Positions 37,639 through 48,639 of a stretch of 59,186 bases of DNA are shown here, one piece after another (within the stretch, counting starts at the first letter, position 1; each line of letters starts with the position of its first letter). The DNA is taken from contig JANMBI010000014.1 in assembly GCA_031360325.1 (NCBI GenBank), forward strand, positions 1 through 59,186, in the 5' to 3' direction. The notes beneath the pieces were generated by a model that made no database searches, had not been told where the DNA came from, and saw nothing but the letters and a program-made list of their open reading frames with translations. Origin of the DNA: Frigoribacterium sp. (GTDB lineage: Bacteria; Actinomycetota; Actinomycetes; Actinomycetales; Microbacteriaceae). Both the position numbers and the translations under genes were made by a program.

Positions 37639-39099
37639 CTATGGAGTCGGCGGCACCGGGTCTCCGTCGAGAGCGACCGCGCCTTCCAGCAGTGCCGGTG
37701 CGTGGGCGAGCGCGTTCGGCCGGACGACACCGAGCACGAGGGTGTAGATCACCCCGAGCGCGACGAGACCAACCGTGAGCCACGGCAGTGCGCTGTATGG
37801 AGCTCCCTGGCCGGGGTGCAGGTCGCCCCACACCGGAATTGCCAGCACGATGAGCCCGATGATCGGTACGACAACCCAGAGGAACGGGTTTTTGCTCACG
37901 CCGGCCCGGCGCAGCTTCGCGAACTGCACGATCAGGGCGATGTTCGCCACGATGTACATGATCACGATGCCGAGGATGCCGAAGGTGCCGAGGAAGCCGG
38001 ATGCCGTGCCCGGGTCGGTGAAGAACGTCGAGATGCAGCCCACGAGAACGCTCGGCACGACGAAGGCGATCGCGGCGACCCACGGGGTCTTGAATCGGGG
38101 GTGGATGCTCGACAGGGACTTCGGCCAGAGGCCGCCGCGCGCGCCGGCGAAGATGACGCGAGACGTCTGGGTGTTCGCGGCGACATAGGAGCTGGTGACG
38201 CTCACCAGAAACACGGCGGCGATGATCGGAACGAAGATCGGCAGGAAGCGGCCTGAGGCCGTGGCGAACGGGTTGCCATCCGCGGCGAACTCTTTCATGT
38301 GGTCGACGCCGAATGCGGTGACGATGGCGTAGGAGCCAAGGACATAGATGATCCCGCTCACGACGACCGCTCCCACGACGGCGATCGGCACATTCCGGCG
38401 CGGGTTTTTCGTCTCTTCGGCCAGCGGAGCGGAGGCCTCGAATCCGCCGAACGCGAGCACGGCGAGGCTGAAGGCCAGGAAGATGTTCGAGCTGTCGGCG
38501 CCGGTCGGCCACTCGAACGGCTTCAGGGACAACCCCTGCGCCCCTCCCTGGGCGAGGATCGCCACGCTGAGGACGACCAGCACGACGACCTCGATCACGT
38601 ATAGGACGATCGTCACCCGAATGCCGAACTGCAATCCGATGATCACCGGGATCGTCACGATGGCTCCGTAGACGATGGTGGTGATGATGACCAGCCCGGT
38701 GTTCGGCGTCGCCTGTCCGAAGACGTTTTGCACAATGTAGCTGCCGACGAAGATGTAGATTCCGCCGAACGCGATGATGTAGCCGACGATCGCGATTACT
38801 CCGGTCGCCGTCGCCGCACGCGCTCCTAGGGCCCGGCTGATGTAGGTGATGAATGAGCCGGCGCTCGGATACAGGTTGGAGAACTGGGCGAGGCTCAGTC
38901 CCGTCGCCACCATCCCGACCATGGCGATCAAAAAGACCAGGGGCACGGATGCCCCGGCGAGCGAGGCCATCACCCCGGTGGTGAAGAACAGGTTGAATGC
39001 GGGCGCGATCTGGGCGAGACCGGGCATGAGTACGCCGAGCAGGCCGAGTTTCTTGGACTCGAGACCGGCGGTGGTGTCGGGTAGAGCGTTGGTGGTCAT
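37639..39099 (-). CDS. APC-family amino acid/polyamine permease
   Basis: About 12 TM segments; YPSAGSFITY, FGGFEASAPLAEETKNPRRNVP, IHPRFKTP. ATGA overlap with the hydrolase. Confidence 0.9.
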   Translation of the reverse strand: MTTNALPDTTAGLESKKLGLLGVLMPGLAQIAPAFNLFFTTGVMASLAGASVPLVFLIAMVGMVATGLSLAQFSNLYPSAGSFITYISRALGARAATATGVIAIVGYIIAFGGIYIFVGSYIVQNVFGQATPNTGLVIITTIVYGAIVTIPVIIGLQFGIRVTIVLYVIEVVVLVVLSVAILAQGGAQGLSLKPFEWPTGADSSNIFLAFSLAVLAFGGFEASAPLAEETKNPRRNVPIAVVGAVVVSGIIYVLGSYAIVTAFGVDHMKEFAADGNPFATASGRFLPIFVPIIAAVFLVSVTSSYVAANTQTSRVIFAGARGGLWPKSLSSIHPRFKTPWVAAIAFVVPSVLVGCISTFFTDPGTASGFLGTFGILGIVIMYIVANIALIVQFAKLRRAGVSKNPFLWVVVPIIGLIVLAIPVWGDLHPGQGAPYSALPWLTVGLVALGVIYTLVLGVVRPNALAHAPALLEGAVALDGDPVPPTP

Positions 39100-39905
39100 G
39101 CTGTGGTCCTTTCGTTCTCGCGGAGGAAATCGACGAAGGCGGAATTGAACTCGTCGGGGTGTTCCCACATGCAGCCGTGGCCGCCGGGGGTCGTTCGCCA
39201 GCTCGAGCCGGGGATGAGCTCGTGCAGGTCGTGGGAGAGGGCGGTCGGGATGAGGATGTCCTCTTCGCCCGCCAGCACGAGGGTCGGCATCGTCAGGATG
39301 CCGAGTTCGGCGGTCGCGTCATGGTTCTGGATGACCGCGAGCTGCGCGAGGTAGGCGTGGATGGGCTGTTCCATGAACCGCATCGCGGTCTCGAACTCCG
39401 CCAGCTCGCTCTCCCGGTTCTGAAAGAAGTCGAGAGTAAAGGCCCAAAGTGTGACATCGCGCATGACGAAGGGCACACCCAGAACCGACGCGGCATCCGC
39501 CCACATCGAGAACATCCGCGAACAGAACGGACCCGGGGCGGCGTAGGTGGAGGCGAACGTCGCTGTGCGCACGACCTCGGGATACTTCAGAGCGAATCGC
39601 TGGGCGATCATGCCGCCCATGGACACGCCGAGCACGTGGAGGTCGCTCAATCCGAGCCCGTCGGCGACGGCCTTGGCATCGTCGGCCATGAGCTCCGCGC
39701 TATAAGGGCCGGCCGGTTTGTCGGTCGCCCCGATGCCGCGATTGTCGAAACGCACGATGCGGTAGCCGGCGGCGAGGAGGGCGGGCAACTGGAAGTCCCA
39801 GGTCTCGAGGCTGTCGGCGAGACCATTGATAAGTAGGACGGCCTCGGGGCCAGTCCCCTCGTCGAGGTAGTTGATGTCGATCCCGTTGGCGTGCATGGTC
39901 GGCAT
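39096..39905 (-). CDS. Alpha/beta hydrolase (enol-lactonase/RutD-like)
   Basis: FDNRGIG, GVSMGG nucleophile elbow, GEED, GGH. Confidence 0.88.
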   Translation of the reverse strand: MPTMHANGIDINYLDEGTGPEAVLLINGLADSLETWDFQLPALLAAGYRIVRFDNRGIGATDKPAGPYSAELMADDAKAVADGLGLSDLHVLGVSMGGMIAQRFALKYPEVVRTATFASTYAAPGPFCSRMFSMWADAASVLGVPFVMRDVTLWAFTLDFFQNRESELAEFETAMRFMEQPIHAYLAQLAVIQNHDATAELGILTMPTLVLAGEEDILIPTALSHDLHELIPGSSWRTTPGGHGCMWEHPDEFNSAFVDFLRENERTTA

Positions 39906-40675
39906 TACGATGCTCCTTCGCTGAGTGGAATGGGGGTTTCGATGCGGGAATGAAGGTCACGCAGGGTTTCGGCTGTCAGGGAGAAGTGTTCCTCCGCCAG
40001 TCGAGCGGCGTCGTCGGCCCTCCGGCCGAGGATGGCGTCGGCGAGCTTCGCGTGTTGCTGGATCGCGCGTGTCCGCACGTCGGAGTTAGACGGCTCGGCG
40101 TCGAAGCCGAGACTGACATCGCGCCGGATCCGCAAGCTCAGGTCCGACATTTGCGAGTTGTGAGTCGCCGACGCGATCGTCTGATGGAGTTCGAGATCGG
40201 CGAGACCGGATGACGCGCGGTCGGTGCCAGCGGCCTCGTAGCCGCGCACGGCCTGCATGATGCGTCGGGCATCCTCATCCGTGTGCCGGATGGCGGCCGT
40301 CCGCGCGATCTGCTGCTCGATGAGCGAGCGGAAATCGAGGGTGACCTCGAGCTGGTTCCACCCGGGTTCCAGAGCCCGGCGCACCATCGAGTCAGAGGCG
40401 GGACCCCACTGAGCCGTCACGAAAGTCCCGCCGTGGCGTCCGCGCTGCACAATGACGTAGCCCAGGGCCGCGAGTCGGCTGAGGGCTTCACGCACAGTTG
40501 TCGGGCTCACCTCGAGCAGACGGGCGAGCTCTTGGATGGTGGGAAGTTTCTGCCCAACGACGAACTGCCCGAGAGCGATGGCGGTCACGAATCGGTCGGC
40601 GATGCGAGCCGAAGCGGTCTCGGCGATGAGGGGCCGCAGGGCGATCATCGCCGGATCGGCGGCGCGGGCATTCAC
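39905..40675 (-). CDS. GntR/FadR-family regulator
   Basis: GQKLPTIQELARLLEVSPTTVREAL, RGRHGGTFV, FCD domain with D..LH...N...H. Confidence 0.9.
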   Translation of the reverse strand: MNARAADPAMIALRPLIAETASARIADRFVTAIALGQFVVGQKLPTIQELARLLEVSPTTVREALSRLAALGYVIVQRGRHGGTFVTAQWGPASDSMVRRALEPGWNQLEVTLDFRSLIEQQIARTAAIRHTDEDARRIMQAVRGYEAAGTDRASSGLADLELHQTIASATHNSQMSDLSLRIRRDVSLGFDAEPSNSDVRTRAIQQHAKLADAILGRRADDAARLAEEHFSLTAETLRDLHSRIETPIPLSEGAS

Positions 40676-41946
40676 GATGTGGCCTCATCCCGGAACCATT
40701 CCCGAAGGAATCGCGCGACCACCCGAGCGCACTCGACGATGCTGGCGAGCTCGACCGCCTCGTCGGTGCCGTGCATGTTGCGGGTGCGCGGTCCGTACGC
40801 CACGGCGGGAACGCCGAACTGGTTGAGGTAGAACCGGGCGTCCGTCGTCGATCCGATGGTGACAAGGGGCGGAGGGGCGGTGTGCACGGCCTCGTGTGCC
40901 CGGGAAAGCGCTCCGACGATCTCGGCCTGCGGGTTTTGGAAATATCGTTCGGCCCGATAGCCGGACAGTGCGACCAGGGGAGGACGCTCGGCGAACCACT
41001 CGTCCCCGGCCGCGGCTGCGAGCACGGCGCTGCGCACCCGCTCGAAGGCTTCTTCGGAACTCCAGTGTCGCGGATGCCCGATCCGCACCTCGAGCCGTGC
41101 CACCGACGGCACACTGGACGCCCAGTCGCCGGCGTTGACCTTGCCGATATTGACGTTGTATGGGTGCTCGATGTCGGCGAAGGCCGGATCGCGAACAGGG
41201 CCATCGCGGTGGTCGGCGTTCATCTCGGTCTCGAGAACGAGAAGCGCGTCGACGATGGAGGAAACTGCGCGGATAGGATTCACCGAGGCCAGCGCCGCCT
41301 CCGCATGGCCGGCTCGCCCCTCGAGCTCGACGCTGACCCAGATCAGCGCGATCCCGCCGAGCAGGATCTCGAGATCCGTGGGTTCGAGCAACAGGGCCGC
41401 CTCGCCCGAATAGCCCGCACGCCCCGCGGCGAGAGTGCCATTCCCAGTGGCCTCCTCCTCGATCACCGAAACGATGCTGAGGGATCCGGTGAGCCATCCG
41501 GGGTCGGCCTGGTCCAGCGCCCAGATCGCCAGAAGTCCGGCAGCGAATCCAGCCTTCATGTCGCCCGCGCCGCGGCCAACCAGCCAGCCATCCACCCGGG
41601 TGGGCTCGAACGGCGCACTCGACCAGCGCGAAGCGTCCTCCGCCGGGACGACATCCATATGACCATTGATCACCAGGCTGCGACCGACACCCGGGGTGCC
41701 ACGCCGCCCGATCACGTCGTACCGCCCGGCGTAGGACAGTCGGGGAACGCCCGCCGCCGGATCATCGCCGATCTCCGTCGGGATCTCAAGGCGCGTGATC
41801 TCAAATTGCGCTGCGACCAGCGCGTTCGCGAACACTTCCTGGGCGCCGAACTCGTTTCCGATGACGCTCGGCTCGGCGACGAGGGTTTCCAGCAGCCGGA
41901 ATGCGCGCTCGGTGGATGCCGTGATGGCGTCGTCAACCTCGCGCAC
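40672..41946 (-). CDS. M20 (ArgE/DapE-like) amidohydrolase
   Basis: NGHMDVV, GRGAGDMK, IEEE, LEP, GRAGH, STTDAR, HGTDE. Confidence 0.9.
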   Translation of the reverse strand: MREVDDAITASTERAFRLLETLVAEPSVIGNEFGAQEVFANALVAAQFEITRLEIPTEIGDDPAAGVPRLSYAGRYDVIGRRGTPGVGRSLVINGHMDVVPAEDASRWSSAPFEPTRVDGWLVGRGAGDMKAGFAAGLLAIWALDQADPGWLTGSLSIVSVIEEEATGNGTLAAGRAGYSGEAALLLEPTDLEILLGGIALIWVSVELEGRAGHAEAALASVNPIRAVSSIVDALLVLETEMNADHRDGPVRDPAFADIEHPYNVNIGKVNAGDWASSVPSVARLEVRIGHPRHWSSEEAFERVRSAVLAAAAGDEWFAERPPLVALSGYRAERYFQNPQAEIVGALSRAHEAVHTAPPPLVTIGSTTDARFYLNQFGVPAVAYGPRTRNMHGTDEAVELASIVECARVVARFLREWFRDEATS

Positions 41947-42281
41947 AGTTCCTCCTCGAACTAAACAACCAATGAATAGCTGTTTGGAAGAAACTAGCGC
42001 ATATCATGCCAGCGCGCGAGTGAATTCGCCACAATTTACCGGGCTGAAATAATGGGTGTCGACCGACCATGCCACGCACCGCAACTGCATCCTTCTGAGT
42101 TTCCTTGCTGCCAGTTGCGAGCGTCGGAAAGACGACGTGAAGGCCACAGCGTGATCATCGGCTAACACCGACCAATATCTCTACTCGGGGACAGACCTTC
42201 GCCTGCGAGTTGTCGTTGGCTACCGTGCTGGGTGAAAACCTTCACTCGACCTCAACCGCCCTTTGGAGTTTGATTTTCATC

Positions 42282-42970
42282 ATGGGAAGTATCACTCCGT
42301 ACGAGACAGCAAACGGGAAGCGCTACAGGGTCAGATACCGCAAGCCAGACCGCGCGCAAACGGACGAGCGCGGATTCTCGACGAAACGAGCGGCCGAGCT
42401 GTTTCTCGCTTCGGTGGAGGTGTCGAAAGCGCGCGGAGAGTACGTCGACGCCATCGCCGGTCGAGCCACAATCGGCGAGCTCGGTGGCGACTGGATCCGA
42501 CATCAGGATCACTTGAAGGCTTCGTCGGCTCTACCACTGGAGATCGCCCTTCGGCTCCACGTGATGCCGCGGTGGTCACGGGTGCCCGTATCCGACGTTC
42601 GTTTCACCGACGTCCAAACATCGGTTTCGGGCATAAACGGAGGATCCACGAAAGTAATTCGGGCTTACGGCGGGCTGGCATCGATCCTGGACTGTCGACG
42701 ACGTTCGCGATCGACGCACCCTGACCAACCCGGCAAGGGGCGTCAATCTGCCCCGGAAAGATCGAAAAGAACAGCGGTACCTGTGACATCAGCAACTTCA
42801 AGCCCTCGCCCTAGCCTCCGGCAGCCATCAGACGCTCATCCTGCTTCTCGGTTACACCGGACTTAGATCGGGAGAAGCAATCGGCCTACGTGTTCGAGAC
42901 ATCGATCTTGGACGCCGACGAATCAATATCTCGGTAAACGCCGTAGAGGTGGGCAGCGCCATTGTCCTGG
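42282..42970 (+). pseudogene. Frameshifted, truncated tyrosine integrase
   Basis: MGSITPYETANGKRYRVRYRKPD arm domain; after frameshifts, LLLGYTGLRSGEAIGLRVRDID. No HxxR/Y segment. Confidence 0.82.
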
Positions 42971-43166
42971 TCGAAGCGAAGGCGCTCTCTAACATCAGTT
43001 GATCGCTACCGTCCGATGACCGACACGCCACAGGTTCGGGGGCCACTCACGCTGGACAGGAACCCGGGCGGGATGGCGCGGTACTTCGTAAAAACTGCGA
43101 TTGGTACGAGTGAGAGCGAGTGCGCGTTGGTTTCGGTTAAGACTGCCATTTGACCAGCGTTCATGA

Positions 43167-43290
43167 TGCGGAGGGCTAGGATTCGGACCCTACCTCCAGC
43201 CCGTGAGGGTAGCGAATTTCCCCGTGAATAAGGGGATCGGGCGGCCTTGTAGTCACTTGACTGGGCCCACACGTTGTTGAGATGTGGGCA
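43167..43290. repeat. Degenerate att end, copy 2
   Basis: tgcggagggctaggattcggaccct...ccccgtgaataaggggatcgg...gcccaca...tgtgggca; collinear with 34931-35055. Confidence 0.6.
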
Positions 43291-43323
43291 TGAGCGCCTC
43301 AAGCGGTAGAGCTCATATTCGTA

Positions 43324-44184
43324 TCAACTGGGCGACACGAGGAAGAACGGGAACACCCCGTCGTTGCGCGCGTGCACGATGACGAGAAACACCACCACGT
43401 CCAGCAGCAGATGCACGGTTAGCACGTACGGCAGCGACTTGGTCTGCGAGAAAATCCAACCCTGCAGCAGCGCGAACGGGATCATCAGCAGCGGCCCCCA
43501 CGCCTGGTAGCCGAGCTCCCAGAGGAACGACACGAAGATGACCATTTGCAGTAGGTTCGCCTGCCAGACCGGAAAGTGGCGCTTGAACAACACGAAGACG
43601 GTCAGGATAAAGAACAACTCGTCCCAGGTTCCGACCGCGTTGACGCCCACGAACAGGCGAGCGATCTCGTCCCACGTCACTGTGTTTGGCCAGTTCAGAT
43701 AGACGCCCGAGGTGATGAAGTAGAAGGGCAACAGGAGCCAGCCCAGGAAGAGCACCAGCGCTATGTAGCCCCACTGCACCCTGCTCCACGGCCAGTCTCC
43801 TCGCCACGGGAACCGGATGACACGGTCCTTGAACACGAACCGCGAGACCAGGTAGGGAACAGTTACCGCGGCCGAAAGGACGATGCCGACCAGCACGATG
43901 TTGCCCCAGCTGATGTCGGCCTTCACGGAGATCGACGAGACGATGACCATCCCAATAGCGATGAGCAGCAGGTTGCGGAACAGCCCATCGCTGCGGCGGG
44001 AGCGATCGAACTGCCACGCGATGATCAGGGCGGCGGCGAGCATCCCGTAGCCGAAAAGAGTCACTGCCACCGACGTACCACGCAAGGCAAAGAGCAGTAT
44101 CGCTGAACCGCTCAACAGTGTTGCGGGAATGAGACCCCAGCTGAGGGCGGGGCGAACTGTTGTGTCGGGGGTGGCGGCGGGCAC
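43324..44184 (-). CDS. CPBP (CAAX-type) intramembrane metalloprotease
   Basis: Multiple TM helices; WDELFF, SFLWELGY, VHLLLD. Confidence 0.8.
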   Translation of the reverse strand: MPAATPDTTVRPALSWGLIPATLLSGSAILLFALRGTSVAVTLFGYGMLAAALIIAWQFDRSRRSDGLFRNLLLIAIGMVIVSSISVKADISWGNIVLVGIVLSAAVTVPYLVSRFVFKDRVIRFPWRGDWPWSRVQWGYIALVLFLGWLLLPFYFITSGVYLNWPNTVTWDEIARLFVGVNAVGTWDELFFILTVFVLFKRHFPVWQANLLQMVIFVSFLWELGYQAWGPLLMIPFALLQGWIFSQTKSLPYVLTVHLLLDVVVFLVIVHARNDGVFPFFLVSPS

Positions 44185-44245
44185 GCTCCGATTCTGTCAC
44201 GGAGAGTCGCGCAGCCCTCAGTCGATCCGGCTGTGGCGCAGTCGG

Positions 44246-44356
44246 GCTCAGGCTCCGGGCGAAGCCACGTATGCTCGCCCCCTTGACCCGCATAAGCGCG
44301 ACCTCCTTCCGCTCGGCAAAGGAGAGATAGCGTCCGGAGTGAAGCGGGATGCCGCC
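44246..44356 (-). pseudogene. IS30-family transposase HTH fragment
   Basis: GG...SGRYLSFAERKEVALMRVKGASIRGFARSL. Confidence 0.65.
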
Positions 44357-45168
44357 GATGCGAGGCCGGCCGAGGTCTGGGGCACCTGGACGAACGCTGA
44401 TGGGGCAGCCCGGCCGAAGACCCCGACGACTGTCCACTCATCACGGTGACGCTCGAGCCTCTTGATTTGACTGGTCACGCCCAGCGGGTTTCCCGTACTG
44501 AGGGATGCGGAGAAGTGGGGTTCCTGTTGCGCAGTGATCAGTTGACGCGCGTGAACGTGGGTGCAAGCGCCGCACTCGTCGAAAGCATGCCTACACCAAG
44601 TGCCAATGAGTCGCGAGATTCTCCGATCCCGAACTGGCTATCGCCTCCTCGGGCGATGCCGCCGACGCGAGGTCGCAGAGTTCCTTGGCCCACTTGGCTG
44701 CGCGTTCGGGATTCTTGCCGACGATGACGGGATCTACGGTGGCCACGAGACTGCGAATCACGTCCGCACTTATGGGATTGAGCCCCGCAACTGGTGTGGT
44801 CATCGAGGGTCCATTTGTTGTGCCAACACCGCGATTGGGGGATGTCAAGCTCGATGAGTGAGGCGACGATCGCCGAAGTGATAACGAGTACGACTGCGAT
44901 GATAATCTTCGCGGCCGAGTTCGATCCCCACGAGGTCAGCCGGTGGATTGGCCACCGCGAAAGCGCAGATCCCAAGCAATAGTTATCCGCGATCGCGCCC
45001 AACCGAAGGACCCGTTTGGTGGCCCTAACAGCTATGCCGCCGCGACGGTGCCTCACACCTGAGAGCATCGGGAAAACATCAGGCCTATTGCTACCTGAGC
45101 GCGGGACTTCTGCGGGTGTCGCACCTTCCTGCAGCCACCGGCCGAGGTCGCAAGTCCCAATGAATCAA

Positions 45169-45256
45169 TGGCGGAGGGCGTGGGATTCGAACCCACGAGA
45201 CATTTCTGCCCACCAGTTTTCAAGACTGGCTCCATCGGCCGCTCGGACAGCCCTCC
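45169..45256 (-). tRNA. tRNA-Ser(TGA)
   Basis: GGAGGGC/GCCCTCC acceptor stem, CCAGT-CTTGAAA-ACTGG anticodon arm, long variable arm, GTTCGAAT T loop, encoded CCA. Confidence 0.97.
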
Positions 45257-45532
45257 AGAGCACGAATCGAGCATAGCCGAAGGTCGGGCCAGTACTGTGT
45301 CTAGTCTCCCGGGGATCCGCTTGCACCGGCGGCTCGCCCGCCTCGCCGGGACCGTCGCTCTCGCCTCCGCTTTAGCCGTCGATCGAGTCTGGAGTAAGTG
45401 CGACTTCCCATCGGGCAAAGTCGCACCTACCCCCGGGGTCGAATCGGGGACGGCTCGAGTCTGGGCGGATCCGGTCAGGCGAGGACCCAGTTTGGAGGGC
45501 GACTCGACTTGGACGAGACCCTCGAGGAGGAG

Positions 45533-46333
45533 TCAGAACGACCGGAAGAGCTCCGCGATCCCATCATCGATGTCGGTCAAGGTGACCTCGTTCGCCACGG
45601 CGAGCACTTCATCCGGGGCCTGCCCCATCGCCACCCCGCGACCGCCTTGGGATGCCCAGCTGAGCATGTCGATGTCGTTGCGTCCGTCCCCAACGGCTAT
45701 CACTCGGGAGCGGGGGATGTCGAGCCAATCACGAACCCGCTCGAGGGCTGTGGCCTTGTTGACGCCGTCGGGCGCGATGTCGAGCCAGGCCGTCCAGCCG
45801 ACATTGTAGGTGACCTTGTGGAGACCCATTTTCTCCACGATCGACAGGAAGTCCTCGATCGCGTGCTCCGGGGAGATCACCACAACGCGGGTGGCCTGAT
45901 GGTCGCTCAGCCGCTCGAATGCGACCCGCTCGCTCCGGGCACCGAGAGTATAGTCGGGAAAGGATCCGGTGTAGCGATAGCAGCCGTCCTCGTCTTCCAC
46001 GGCGTAACTGGCATCCGCGAGGCTTCCCCGGATGGTGGAGAGAACCTCCGACGGGTCGAACGAATCGACGGCGACCCGGGAATAGCCGGAAGGATCCTCC
46101 GGATCGCTCGCGAGAGTGATCGCTCCGTTGGAACAGACCAGGTAGCGGGAAGTCAGCCCGAACCTCTCGAGCACCGGGAGAGCCATCGACACGGATCTCC
46201 CCGTGGCGAGCATGACCTCGTGGCCGGAATCCCGAACGCGCTGCACTGCGGCGATCACCTCTGGCGAGACGGCGCCATCCTCCCGCATGAGGGTCCCGTC
46301 GATGTCGAGCGCGACCAACCACGGCTCGGTCAC
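45533..46333 (-). CDS. Cof-type HAD hydrolase
   Basis: ALDIDGT, ATGR, NGA, NKA, GDGRND. GTG start overlaps the serS stop. Confidence 0.92.
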   Translation of the reverse strand: MTEPWLVALDIDGTLMREDGAVSPEVIAAVQRVRDSGHEVMLATGRSVSMALPVLERFGLTSRYLVCSNGAITLASDPEDPSGYSRVAVDSFDPSEVLSTIRGSLADASYAVEDEDGCYRYTGSFPDYTLGARSERVAFERLSDHQATRVVVISPEHAIEDFLSIVEKMGLHKVTYNVGWTAWLDIAPDGVNKATALERVRDWLDIPRSRVIAVGDGRNDIDMLSWASQGGRGVAMGQAPDEVLAVANEVTLTDIDDGIAELFRSF

Positions 46334-47595
46334 GAGACCGGTTCCATCACGTCGAGTCCGCCGAGGTACGGCTGCAGTGCGCTCGGCACGCGCACCGAGC
46401 CATCCGCCCGCTGGTGGGTCTCGAGAATCGCCACGAGCCAGCGCGTCGTCGCAAGCGTGCCGTTGAGGGTGGCCACCGGGGCGGTCTTGCCCGACTCTGT
46501 GCGGTAACGAATGTCGAGCCGACGCGCCTGGTAGGTGGTGCAGTTGCTGGTCGACGTGAGTTCGCGATACTGCCCCTGGCTCGGAACCCACGCTTCGATG
46601 TCGAACTTTCGGGCCGCGCTCGAGCCGAGATCCCCCGCCGCCACATCGATCACCCGATAGCTCAGTTCGCAGGCCCGCAGCATCGACTCCTGCAGCGCGA
46701 CGAGCCGGTCGTGTTCGGCTTCGGCGTCTTCCGGCAGCACGTAGCTGAACATCTCGAGTTTGTTGAACTGATGCACGCGCAGGATGCCACGGGTGTCGCG
46801 CCCTCCCGAGCCGGCCTCGCGTCGATAGCAGGTCGACCAGCCGGCGTAGCGTGCGGCACCGGTCGACAGGTCGAGGATCTCGTCCGCGTGGAATCCGGCC
46901 AGCGCCACCTCGCTCGTGCCGGTGAGGTAGAGGTCATCGGCGGGAAGGTAATAGATCTCGTCGGAATGGGCACCGAGGAATCCGGTGCCGTCCATGATCT
47001 CCGGGCGAACGAGCGTGGGGGTGATGAGCGGTTCGAAGCCTTCGGAGATGGCCCGGTCGAGAGCCATGTTCATCAGGGCGATCTCGAGCCGAGCCCCGAT
47101 TCCCCGAAGAAAGTAGAAGCGGCTGCCGGAGACCTTCGCGCCCCGGGTCATGTCGATTGCTCGCAGCTTCTCGCCGAGCTCGAGATGGTCGCGCGGTTCG
47201 AAGTCGAATACCGGCTTGTCACCGACCTCGCGAAGGGTGAGGAAGTTCTCCTCCCCGCCGGAGGGAACCCCGTCGATGATGGGGTTGGCGATCCCGCGCG
47301 CCGAGCGGGTGAACTCCGCTTCGGCATCCGCGGCGACCTGGGCGAGTACCTTGACCCGTGCGGCCAGCCCCTGAGCCTCGGCGAGCAGCCGGATCTTGTC
47401 GTCTCCGGTCGCCTGCGCGACCTGCTTTCCGAGGGCCTTCTGCGTGGCGCGAAGGTTCTCCGACTCGACGATCGCGGACCGACGCTTGACGTCGGCGTCG
47501 ACCGCCTCATCCACGAGAAGTTCGGACTCTCCCCTGGCACGCTGCGACGACGTGAAGATCTGCGGATTGTCACGAAGGAGCTGCGGATCAATCAC
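46330..47595 (-). CDS. serS: Serine--tRNA ligase
   Basis: N-terminal coiled arm, [34 protein letters not shown]. Confidence 0.98.
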   Translation of the reverse strand: MIDPQLLRDNPQIFTSSQRARGESELLVDEAVDADVKRRSAIVESENLRATQKALGKQVAQATGDDKIRLLAEAQGLAARVKVLAQVAADAEAEFTRSARGIANPIIDGVPSGGEENFLTLREVGDKPVFDFEPRDHLELGEKLRAIDMTRGAKVSGSRFYFLRGIGARLEIALMNMALDRAISEGFEPLITPTLVRPEIMDGTGFLGAHSDEIYYLPADDLYLTGTSEVALAGFHADEILDLSTGAARYAGWSTCYRREAGSGGRDTRGILRVHQFNKLEMFSYVLPEDAEAEHDRLVALQESMLRACELSYRVIDVAAGDLGSSAARKFDIEAWVPSQGQYRELTSTSNCTTYQARRLDIRYRTESGKTAPVATLNGTLATTRWLVAILETHQRADGSVRVPSALQPYLGGLDVMEPVS

Positions 47596-47633
47596 CCGAT
47601 CAGTCTATTGAGCTATGGCGTACCGTAGTTCAC

Positions 47634-48614
47634 GTGACGTCCTCAGCCCAGTCCGAAACCCGGCACGCCGCCGTGGTCTACAACCCGATCAAGGTCGACC
47701 TGGGGAAGCTTCGGGCACAGGTGGCGGATGCCCAATCCGCGGCCGGCTGGGGCGAGAGCAGCTGGTACGCCACCTCCGAAGAGGATGCCGGGCGGGGCAT
47801 GACCACGACGGCGCTCGCCGAGGGTGCCGCCGTCGTGCTCGCTGCCGGAGGTGACGGCACCGTTCGCGCGGTGGCCGAGGCCCTTCGCGAGTCCGGCGTG
47901 CCGATCGCGCTCATCCCGTCGGGCACCGGCAATCTGCTCGCGCGGAATCTCGAACTCACTCTCACCAACCAGGTCGAGTCGATCGGTGCGGCCTTCACCG
48001 GCACCGACCGCAAGATCGACCTTGGGGTGGCTGAGATCGAGCGTGCCGACGGCAGCACAGAGGAGTACGTGTTCCTCGTTATGGCCGGGCTCGGCCTCGA
48101 CGCCAAGATGATCGCCCTCACCAACCCGAAGCTCAAGAAGGCGGTCGGATGGCTCGCCTACATCGATGCCGGGGTGCGCGCGATCCCCGACCTGAAGCCG
48201 GTGAGACTGCGATTCAGCCTGGACGGGGGTCCGGAGCGCCGGACGAGCGTGCACACGATCATCGTCGGCAACTGTGGATCGCTGCCCGGCGGCATCCTGC
48301 TCATCCCCGAGGCAAAACTCGATGACGGCATCCTCGACATCGCCGCGCTGAAGCCGACGGGGCCTTTCGGCTGGCTGAAGGTCTGGAACAAGGTGGCCTG
48401 GGAGAACGGCGTGCTTCGCAAGAGCGTGATCGGCCGATCGATCATCGACCTCACCCGCGACGTCAAAGACGTCCTGTACGCGACCGGCAAAGACCTGCGG
48501 GTGACGGTGGAGCAGCCCCAGGAGTTCCAGCTCGACGGTGACGAGTTCGGCGAAGCGAAGTCGGTGCATGCCTGGGTGGATCCCGGGGCGCTCACGGTGA
48601 AAATCCCGGTGTAA
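47634..48614 (+). CDS. Diacylglycerol/lipid kinase family protein
   Basis: VYNP, GGDGT, PSGTGNLLARNL, QLDGD. Confidence 0.92.
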   Translation: MTSSAQSETRHAAVVYNPIKVDLGKLRAQVADAQSAAGWGESSWYATSEEDAGRGMTTTALAEGAAVVLAAGGDGTVRAVAEALRESGVPIALIPSGTGNLLARNLELTLTNQVESIGAAFTGTDRKIDLGVAEIERADGSTEEYVFLVMAGLGLDAKMIALTNPKLKKAVGWLAYIDAGVRAIPDLKPVRLRFSLDGGPERRTSVHTIIVGNCGSLPGGILLIPEAKLDDGILDIAALKPTGPFGWLKVWNKVAWENGVLRKSVIGRSIIDLTRDVKDVLYATGKDLRVTVEQPQEFQLDGDEFGEAKSVHAWVDPGALTVKIPV

Positions 48615-48639
48615 GCGCCCGCCGCCCGCCGGGCCTCAG

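Noticed and set aside
37101-37778. 225-aa plus-strand ORF
   Set aside because: It overlaps the permease end and the RHH fragment; the helical middle part may be a gene remnant but cannot be assigned.
43324-44184. CPBP 'Abi' protease as a phage defence gene
   Set aside because: The Abi label for this family is historical and nothing here indicates a defence role.
44538-45068. ORFs between the IS30 fragment and tRNA-Ser(TGA)
   Set aside because: No recognisable motif or convincing start; probably decayed sequence.
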